Shown: one piece after another, positions 50,492 to 59,833 of the stretch
How positions within the stretch are numbered: position 1 is the stretch's first letter
How the letters are laid out: each line of letters opens with the position of its first letter
Program-made: the position numbers and the translations under genes
The notes under the pieces: model-generated
Told to the model about the DNA's origin: nothing
Databases searched by the model: none
What the model saw: only the letters and a program-made list of their open reading frames with translations
NCBI RefSeq assembly: GCF_001194135.2
Contig: NC_068984.1
Span: forward strand, 46,697,719 to 46,757,551
DNA: 59,833 bases
DNA from: Octopus bimaculoides
Lineage: Eukaryota
Direction: 5' to 3'

Positions 50492-51749
50492 CATACATGC
50501 ACACATATTCATACACACATTCTATTAGTGGATTTTCATCATGAAATTAGATTTCATGCAATTTTCATATAGAAAAGTGTAAAACATGAATCTGAACACT
50601 GCAAACAAATCAGCAAATAACGTAAGTATCAATCATCCAATGTGATATTGAGCACTCATTCGCAGTGCGTCACTGTCGCACACAGACAAATACACACATA
50701 CAAACTCACACACACTCATGCACACACATTATATATATAAACATATATGTACTAGTGTGTGTGTGTGTGTGTGTGAGTGTGTGTGTGAGTGTGTGTGTGT
50801 GTGTGTGCGCGTGCGCGGACGTGCGTGCGTGTATTGTACATGCATAAATAACTACGTGATATGTTGTCTGTTTTTATTCTGATCTTCAGCGCTCGGCTCT
50901 TCTACTTAGCGCAGCGATTTTATCAAGTGTTTTTGTTCGATTTGTATAATTTGTATATATAGCAGCAGTAAACTAGGGGAAGTTGATTTAAATACTTCCG
51001 CCACTTAACACTTATAGACACATACACACATACGTACAGGCACGTAATAAGACACATACAACACATATACACACACATATACAGAGGCACGAAAACGTGT
51101 CAGTGTTTTGGATATAAATATATCAACTTATCAATTTAAAGTTTCCTTAAGTAGTAATATTTGTACATTACGTTTATTCAATATCCAATATTGCCGAAAC
51201 TCTGTTGGAGCTTTGTCAAAAGTCTGTTTTAAATTTGATTTATCAATTAATCTCATCTACCAGCTCCTTTTGTTGTTATGTACATAAAGACCAAGAAATG
51301 AAACGAATAGCAATGACAATAACTATCTTGGTTAGAAGCGCCTTTGCTGATAGAAATAAGTCTGCCCGCTTGCATTTCGCGCTTGTCTGATATTCATTAC
51401 GACTACAACAACATCGGTTGATTTATAAATATAATTTCGCTATTCGTACGTATGTTGTTGAATCTCTCTCAGTTAATCTCTTCCCGATACATGCACAAAC
51501 GTAGATACATACATATATACATATATACATATATACATACATACAAACGTACGTACAAGATTACATACATACATATATCTCTGTGCATGTATGTATGTAT
51601 GTGTATGTATGTATACTTAAACATAGATATTGTTATATATTTACATAGAAGTATGTGCGTATGCAAACATATGCATGCTTGCAGTTACGATTATTATGCT
51701 GTTGCATACGTACATATCCATTCATATACACATTCATATAAGCATATGT

Positions 51750-51830
51750 GCGTGTATAGACACACATGTGTATAGACACACATGTGTATAGACACACATG
51801 TGTATAGACACACATGTGTATAGACACACA
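51750..51830. repeat. 16-bp minisatellite (GTGTATAGACACACAT) x about 5
   Basis: Direct inspection. Confidence 0.95.
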
Positions 51831-53539
51831 AGCGCACACGTGTGCGGAGATAAATATCTCCGAGAGCCACAAGTATTCATAATGCTCGTGTATAACTTCT
51901 TACTTTCTATGTTAAGTAGATTAGTCAAACATTTCCCATCTGTATTGAAGAATAGTGTATTGCAGGTATCAATATCAGATATCTTTTACATATATCAACA
52001 CGTAGCTATTTGAATTACATCGTATTTCTCTATTCCGCTATGAATATATATATATATATATANNNNNNNNNNNNNNNNNNNNNNNNNNNNNNNNNNNNNN
52101 NNNNNNNNNNNNNNNNNNNNNNNNNNNNNNNNNNNNNNNNNNNNNNNNNNNNNNNNNNNNNNNNNNNNNNNNNNNNNNNNNNNNNNNNNNNNNNNNNNNN
52201 NNNNNNNNNNNNNNNNNNNNNNNNNNNNNNNNNNNNNNNNNNNNNNNNNNNNNNNNNNNNNNNNNNNNNNNNNNNNNNNNNNNNNNNNNNNNNNNNNNNN
52301 NNNNNNNNNNNNNNNNNNNNNNNNNNNNNNNNNNNNNNNNNNNNNNNNNNNNNNNNNNNNNNNNNNNNNNNNNNNNNNNNNNNNNNNNNNNNNNNNNNNN
52401 NNNNNNNNNNNNNNNNNNNNNNNNNNNNNNNNNNNNNNNNNNNNNNNNNNNNNNNNNNNNNNNNNNNNNNNNNNNNNNNNNNNNNNNNNNNNNNNNNNNN
52501 NNNNNNNNNNNNNNNNNNNNNNNNNNNNNNNNNNNNNNNNNNNNNNNNNNNNNNNNNNNNNNNNNNNNNNNNNNNNNNNNNNNNNNNNNNNNNNNNNNNN
52601 NNNNNNNNNNNNNNNNNNNNNNNNNNNNNNNNNNNNNNNNNNNNNNNNNNNNNNNNNNNNNNNNNNNNNNNNNNNNNNNNNNNNNNNNNNNNNNNNNNNN
52701 NNNNNNNNNNNNNNNNNNNTATATATATATATATATATATACGTGTGTATGTGTGTGTGTGTGTATGTATGCCAGTATGTATGTGTACATAAATATGTAA
52801 TTGTGTTAGTACTTTATATAATAAGACAATATTTTACCGTATATATTTGTTTAAAGATTTTGAACAAAGGCAGTGTTCCTAATATATTTATTAATTATGC
52901 TACCAGCGGATTTATCATGGATCATTGAAATGTTGCTATATAATTCCATATCATATTCCATTCAAGATGCTGGTTCGATATACACCAAATTTTGTCTCTT
53001 TCCTCTAATGTATATTGTTCTTTTTTAAGGTTATTGCTTCAGCACACGTTCTCACCTTCAGCCCACCTTGATGCTATCGTTCCCTACCTACTTCAACAGT
53101 AATATCATTGCCAAAATTATGTACTCGAATTCTCATTTCACTCAGGACTATTTTACAGACTTCAACGTATAGGCTTCATATTGAACCACAATAATATCCA
53201 TCTCGCCAGTCTGTAAATGTATAAAGCCACCTTTCAACTAGTTAGGCATGTTTCATGATTTACCGAAATCCTCTTAGAAGGCGAGGAAAAATTTTAATAA
53301 ATAATATTTGCAAATAATTACTGCGGCGATACATTGGCCAAGAGAATAATTTTACGCTTGATGGCTTTAAATCCGTCGATGACATTTTATTCTGCGTCTT
53401 CCTTGTAAATCAGCTCAGACGTTTCAATACAGATTCATTATCCACAGAAATTGTGATTATGAGCTCTCTATTATTGCTAGAGTCCAGCATTTATTATACA
53501 AAAATCCATGCAAAACAAATAACATTTTGCGTAGCTGTG

Positions 53540-54700
53540 TACAAGGTGGTAGGAAAAACGTCCCGCACTAGTTATAGTTAATAAAGAATAACTTATTTAC
53601 CTAAGTTTTGACATCATCACCTTTGAAATAGTCACCTTGCGCAGCAATATACGGGTCCCAGCATTCGTTTTCCGCAAGCGAGTCGAGGACCTTCTGCAAT
53701 TCGCTATGGATCTCGACAAGAGTGTTAAAACGGATACCTTTGAGCTATCCTTTCTTCTTGGGGTACGGATGGAAGTCCGTAGGTGCTAAATCTGGCGAAT
53801 AGGATGGGTGCGGGGGTGATGCCATGTTGCTTTTGGCGAAAAACTCGCAAGTGAGGGAGAGCTCAGTGACGGTGCATTGTCTTCCCTAAAACGATTCAAA
53901 ACGTCGCAGTAGAACTCTCTATTGACGGTATTGCCCTGGGGAACGACTTCTGGATGCACAATACCACTGATGTCACAAAATCGATGATCATTCTCTTTTT
54001 TGAGTTGTAGCTCTGTCGTGCCTTCTTAGGTCGTGGAGATGAAGGCATCTTCCATTGTGACGACTGCTGCTTCGTTTCAGGGTCGTATCCGTAGATCCAA
54101 CTCTCGTCACCGGTGATGATCGTCGACATGAAGGATGGGTCATCAGCGGCAAGCTAACAGAGATATTGACAGACTTCGACGCAATAATCTTTCTGCTCAG
54201 TGGTCAGCGGACGAGGGACAGACGTGGTAGAGGCATGCCGCATGTTCAATTCAGATGTTGCGTCGAAGTCTGCCCGGACCCATATGACAGACCACAACCA
54301 TCAGCAATGTCCTCCGATGATCCTCATGTGCAAGCTAAGGAATTTTCCCCCACGTGCTTGGGGGTGACGCTCATGGCAGGCGTTCCAGATCACAAGTCGT
54401 TTTCCAGGGATATTCTTCCATTTTTGAAGTAAACGTACTCATTGCTTCGTCGGCATAAGCTTGCCGAAGCATGTTCAATGTCTTCCTGAGTTGACTTTCT
54501 GTTCTTGTCTATGAAAAAAATGGCAAACTACAGCATACACGTGATCACAAAAGTACAAATTTCAAAACTTGCGAAATAAACACGGTAATAAAGACACTCG
54601 CCCAAATGTCAGACGTTGGGACCTAACCCGGATCCAATTTATTCCGAAGGAAACATCTCACTACGCAAGCACTTCTGTACCTTCCATACTGGCATGACTT
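53540..54700 (-). mobile_element. Second mariner DNA transposon, decayed
   Basis: IITGDESWIYGYDPETKQQSSQWKMPSSPRPKKAR (first catalytic D) and PHPSYSPDLAPTDF (about 53770-53812). Ends approximate. Confidence 0.92.
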
Positions 54701-55511
54701 ACGTTGTTCAAATTGTTTCTGATATAGAGCAAAATACTCTTGCTACAATGGACACATTTCTTCTTCCAACCAATATTTGAATCTACGGGGAGATTTTTCT
54801 CCTAGGCTGCTTATGGATACCATGAACAGCTCCCCCAAGAGGTGTAAATCTGAGTATAAGTCATCCCTTGATCCAAACGCAAAAGCGTACGCACACGCTC
54901 ACACCCCTCACACACACACACTCACGCACACGCATTTATATAGAGATTTAAGGAAAACAACACGAATATACGTGTTTGTCCTTCTCGTTGTATACCGTCG
55001 AACTTCAGAGATATTATAACATTATCATAACGAGCGCAATTCTCGATGATTTAAACAGTTCGCCTTGTTTCCTTTAAATCTAGTGCAAAACATATTGATT
55101 GTTAAGGTATCATTCCGGAATTTGGGTTTTGTATTTACACAGTAAGAGAATCGTTCAGCAAATATAATATACTTTACTTTTCAAAAGTGCAAGTCATGCA
55201 CCATTAAATGTTAGGATAGTAACTTAGTAGCTAGCACTCAGGTCAACTATGACGTTCTGCGAGATTTAGTTTTAGATTTTGAAAAGTATTTGCTTTTCTT
55301 TTTGTAAGAGAGAAATTATGCATCTATAATTGTAGCCTCATACACTCCGCCATTACAAGCGCACAATTATACCTCATCTTGTGTTTATACATATATACAT
55401 AAGCACACGCAAATACTCGCACTCAAATATACATAATCACACACACACATACACACTCTCATATATATATATATATATATATATACACAATCACATACAC
55501 ATACGCACACG

Positions 55512-55565
<54 letters not shown>

Positions 55566-56242
55566 ATGTGTGTGTGTGTGTGTGTGTATACATACATACT
55601 CACATATACTCATATACTTGAATACGTATGCGTATATGTGCATAAACATATTTATATGTAGGTATTATGTATAGATAAATACATGCACGCAGACAGACAT
55701 ACATATATTCATGCCTGCGTGTATGTATACATGTAAACATATATGGTGACTTGCTCTTACGCACTCATATATGCGCGTCCATAGACATTTTAAATGGACA
55801 CGTCAACTGGAAGTAGTATCGATATCACTAAATATTTTATGAAAATAACGATAAAATATATATTATATTCACCTGGGAATGCTGATGCTAAAACAAAAAT
55901 GGAATAGGAGATGGAAGTTAGAATGGAATTAATGCTCAATGATGAACAGCAGAGCCGAAAGCAGTGAGGAAGAGTGGAGAACAATGAAACTGGCTATGGT
56001 GGTGGTGATGGTGGTAGTGCTGGTGGTGGTGGTGGTGGTGGTGGTGCTGGAGATTCAATTAACCAGAAAGACAAATGCGACTTCGAGAAATGAGGAGACA
56101 CTAGTGAGATGAAAAGTGATGTATACTGCATGAAAGAGATACAATAGGAGTTAAAATAGAGTGAGATGGCAGAAAGTCAAACACAGATGAAGAGATCGAG
56201 AGAGGTCGATATAAAGGAAGAGATAGTGAAAGAAATAGAGAA

Positions 56243-56249
<7 letters not shown>

Positions 56250-56336
<87 letters not shown>

Positions 56337-56350
56337 AGAGAGAGAGAGAG
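56250..56350. repeat. (GA)n microsatellite
   Basis: Direct inspection. Confidence 0.99.
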
Positions 56351-56719
56351 ACTGAGACGGGGACAGAAGGATATAATGAGAATGATGGATTTTTTTTATT
56401 TGGGATAAATAGCAGTGGTAGTTCAGAAACCGGTCCTGCGAATGGAAGTAGTTACACTTATTGCTGTTGAGTCCTGACCCAACTTGATTACGAAGAGCTA
56501 CGATTTCATAAGCGACAGTCCTATAATTTTGCATTTAACATAGATTAAGAATGAGCATACGAAAGTGTCGGAGAAAAATTAGTGGCGGATGGAAAAGAAA
56601 GACAGCTGTAGATGTATGCAAATGGGCGAACAGAAAGAGGGGATGACTGATGAGAGTGTAAGTGTATGTATGTGTGCAAAAAATTGTTTCTGCATTATGT
56701 GTGTTTGTGTGAAAGGTGA

Positions 56720-58485
56720 AAGCTACGGAGCTCCGTCCGTTGCTTTTTGCCTGAACGTACGTCCATTCGAGCTGAAAGCTTTGGAGGTCCGTCCGTTGCT
56801 TTTTGCCTGAACGTACGTCCGTTCGAGCTGAAAGCTACGGAGCTCCGCCCGTTGCTTTTTGCCTGAACGTACGTCCGTTCGAGCTGAAGGCTACGGATCT
56901 CCGTCCGTTGCATTGTACCTGAACGTACGTCCGTTCGAGCTGAGAGCTACGGATCTCCGTCGGTTGCTTTTTGCCTGAACGTACGTCCGTTCGAGCTGAG
57001 AGCTACGGAGCTCCGTCCGTTGCATTTTGCCTGAACGTACGTCCATTCGAGCTGAAAGCTATGGAGCTCCGTCCGTTGCTTTTTGCCTGAACGTACGTCC
57101 GTTCGAGCTGAAAGCTACGGAGCTCCGTNNNNNNNNNNNNNNNNNNNNNNNNNNNNNNNNNNNNNNNNNNNNNNNNNNNNNNNNNNNNNNNNNNNNNNNN
57201 NNNNNNNNNNNNNNNNNNNNNNNNNNNNNNNNNNNNNNNNNNNNNNNNNNNNNTTTGCCTGAACGTACGTCCATTCGAGCTGAAAGCTATGGAGCTCCGT
57301 CCGTTGCTTTTTGCCTGAACGTACGTCCGTTCGAGCTGAAAGCTACGGAGCTCCGTCCGTTGCTTTTTGCCTGAACGTACGTCCGTTCGAGGTGAAAGCT
57401 ACGGAGCCCCGTCCGTTGCATTTTGCCCGAACGGACGCCCGTTTGAGCTAAATGCTACGGAGCTTCGTCCGTTGCTTTCACCTGAACGGTCGCCCGCTCG
57501 AGCTAAAAGCTACGGAGCTTCGTCCGTTGCTTTCGCCTGAACGGACGCCCGCTCGAGCTAAAGGGTACGGAGCTTCGTCCGNNNNNNNNNNNNNNNNNNN
57601 NNNNNNNNNNNNNNNNNNNNNNNNNNNNNNNNNNNNNNNNNNNNNNNNNNNNNNNNNNNNNNNNNNNNNNNNNNNNNNNNNNNNNNNNNNNNNNNNNNNN
57701 NNNNNNNNNNNNNNNNNNNNNNNNNNNNNNNNNNNNNNNNNNNNNNNNNNNNNNNNNNNNNNNNNNNNNNNNNNNNNNNNNNNNNNNNNNNNNNNNNNNN
57801 NNNNNNNNNNNNNNNNNNNNNNNNNNNNNNNNNNNNNNNNNNNNNNNNNNNNNNNNNNNNNNNNNNNNNNNNNNNNNNNNNNNNNNNNNNNNNNNNNNNN
57901 NNNNNNNNNNNNNNNNNNNNNNNNNNNNNNNNNNNNNNNNNNNNNNNNNNNNNNNNNNNNNNNNNNNNNNNNNNNNNNNNNNNNNNNNNNNNNNNNNNNN
58001 NNNNNNNNNNNNNNNNNNNNNNNNNNNNNNNNNNNNNNNNNNNNNNNNNNNNNNNNNNNNNNNNNNNNNNNNNNNNNNNNNNNNNNNNNNNNNNNNNNNN
58101 NNNNNNNNNNNNNNNNNNNNNNNNNNNNNNNNNNNNNNNNNNNNNNNNNNNNNNNNNNNNNNNNNNNNNNNNNNNNNNNNNNNNNNNNNNNNNNNNNNNN
58201 NNNNNNNNNNNNNNNNNNNNNNNNNNNNNNNNNNNNNNNNNNNNNNNNNNNNNNNNNNNNNNNNNNNNNNNNNNNNNNNNNNNNNNNNNNNNNNNNNNNN
58301 NNNNNNNNNNNNNNNNNNNNNNNNNNNNNNNNNNNNNNNNNNNACGCCCGTTTGAGCTAAATGCTACGGAGCTTCGTCCGTTGCTTTCACCTGAACGGTC
58401 GCCCGCTCGAGCTAAAAGCTACGGAGCTTCGTCCGTTGCTTTCGCCTGAACGGACGCCCGCTCGAGCTAAAAGCTACGGAGCTTC
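56720..58485. repeat. CpG-rich tandem satellite, 56-bp unit grading to a 55-bp variant, with two internal gaps
   Basis: GAGCTG recurs at 56769, 56825 and 56881 (period 56). TTGCTTT recurs at 58381 and 58436 (period 55). Unit: AAAGCTACGGAGCTCCGTCCGTTGCTTTTTGCCTGAACGTACGTCCGTTCGAGCTG. Confidence 0.97.
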
Positions 58486-59109
58486 CTCCCACCCACCACT
58501 CCTCTGTTGTTCCGACTCCTACTTCTTTTCTTCACTTCTCTCTTCCTCCGACTCCTACTTCTTCTCTTCACTCCTCCTACCTGCTCCCTTCCCACTTCAT
58601 CATCATCCCTCCCACGTAAGCCCACCCCACCTGTACACAATCCATCCCCACCCTTGCTATCTATCCCATCTAACGTCACCCCATCCCTTACACTCACGCA
58701 CATGTACCCCACCTTTACCCCACCCTCGTCCTGCCCACATACCTCTCCTCTACCCCCACCCTCGGCCTACAACCCACATCCCACGCTTGCTTTCCCCATT
58801 CTAGCCTCCACCACCTCCCAACACCATCACACCACACCAAACACCACTACACCATACACACCATACTACACAACACCACCACATCACATTACCACGCACA
58901 CACACTAGCACTGACCACTTCCCAGCCCCATATACACACACGCACACGTCAAGGTCACCAGTCCTCTTCCACACGCACATACATACTCTCTTATACATAC
59001 GCACGCGCACCTTCGTTTTGGGATTACCATACTTTATTATCTCCCCTTCTTCCTAGATCTCCTGTGTATGCATATGTATGCATATATATACGCACACACA
59101 CACACACAG

Positions 59110-59159
<50 letters not shown>

Positions 59160-59310
59160 ATACATACATATATATGCAGTTTAATTGACCGACATACACG
59201 AAAATACATTAATACATTGTGACATATTGAAATAGTTTGGGGGCGACATATTAGCTAAGGCAGAAAGAGAGAGATATAGAGAATGAACTAAAAAAAAGGC
59301 AATAATAAAA

Positions 59311-59346
<36 letters not shown>

Positions 59347-59833
59347 CAGACAGACAAGCAGACAGAGGACGAGAAAGAAATTAGTGTGTCATGAAACATA
59401 GGTAAAGGCAAAGGGATAGAATGACAGATGCAGCGAGGAACAGTGGGTGAGAAAGAAAGATATTGACAAGTTGTGTGACGGAAAGGCAGAATACAGAACT
59501 GATACAAGCAGACGGAGATAATAATGGGCATCAACTGAGACAATCAGGCAGGCAAAGAGAGATATGTATCGATTGTAGATTGGACAAATTATGAATTATT
59601 CAAATACTTTTTACACCAGTCGTGCAAGTGACGATTTTATTTCAAAAGCACTTAGACTAAATGAAAATTCAATGCATAGAAACATTCAGTTATGCATAGT
59701 GGCATGCGTACACAAACATACACCCACACGCACGTCATCCCAGATGCACAAGCACATACATGCACACACAATCAAAGACAGACATAAATGCACATACATG
59801 CATACATTCTTTATATATATATGTATATATATA

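Larger units (their letters stand above)
9982..58343. other. Nine assembly gaps (N-runs) starting near 9982, 20898, 22508, 23579, 35903, 47910, 52063, 57129 and 57582
   Basis: Runs of N, mostly flanked by microsatellite or satellite. Any exons inside them are invisible. Confidence 0.99.

Noticed and set aside
57030-57350. Near-identical satellite blocks on both sides of a gap
   Set aside because: May be contig-end overlap from assembly and cannot be taken as a higher-order repeat.
56720-58485. Tandem palindromic repeats as a CRISPR array, coding repeat or ribozyme satellite
   Set aside because: There are no unique spacers or cas genes and the context is eukaryotic. The ORFs just cycle through frames of a 56-bp unit. 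CUGAACG does not fit CUGANGA and no core geometry is present.

Overview
AT-rich, microsatellite-dense eukaryotic genomic DNA with nine N-gaps, most flanked by (TA)n/(CA)n. The repeat content resembles a coleoid cephalopod, probably Octopus (inference from recalled SINE families, not verified). No prokaryotic features, CRISPR array, rRNA or true tRNA gene were found, and no host gene could be named. Most interpretable sequence is decayed transposable element: a hAT transposase C-terminal remnant, two mariner elements, two adjacent or nested Ty3/Gypsy elements with a tRNA-derived SINE (8-bp TSD) inside an LTR, CR1/L2- and RTE-type LINE fragments, two Penelope-like (PLE) ORF fragments and many SINE copies. 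A CpG-rich, palindrome-rich 56/55-bp satellite lies near the right end. The best leads are three degenerate hammerhead-ribozyme-like cores in PLE-associated or foldback DNA (about 600-690, 25756-25796 and 40190-40246, all minus strand) and phase-compatible candidate exon chains on both strands encoding peptides I do not recognise. All exon calls rest on splice signals and open frames only, and some could be chance. I see no evidence for a wholly new biological system beyond these leads.
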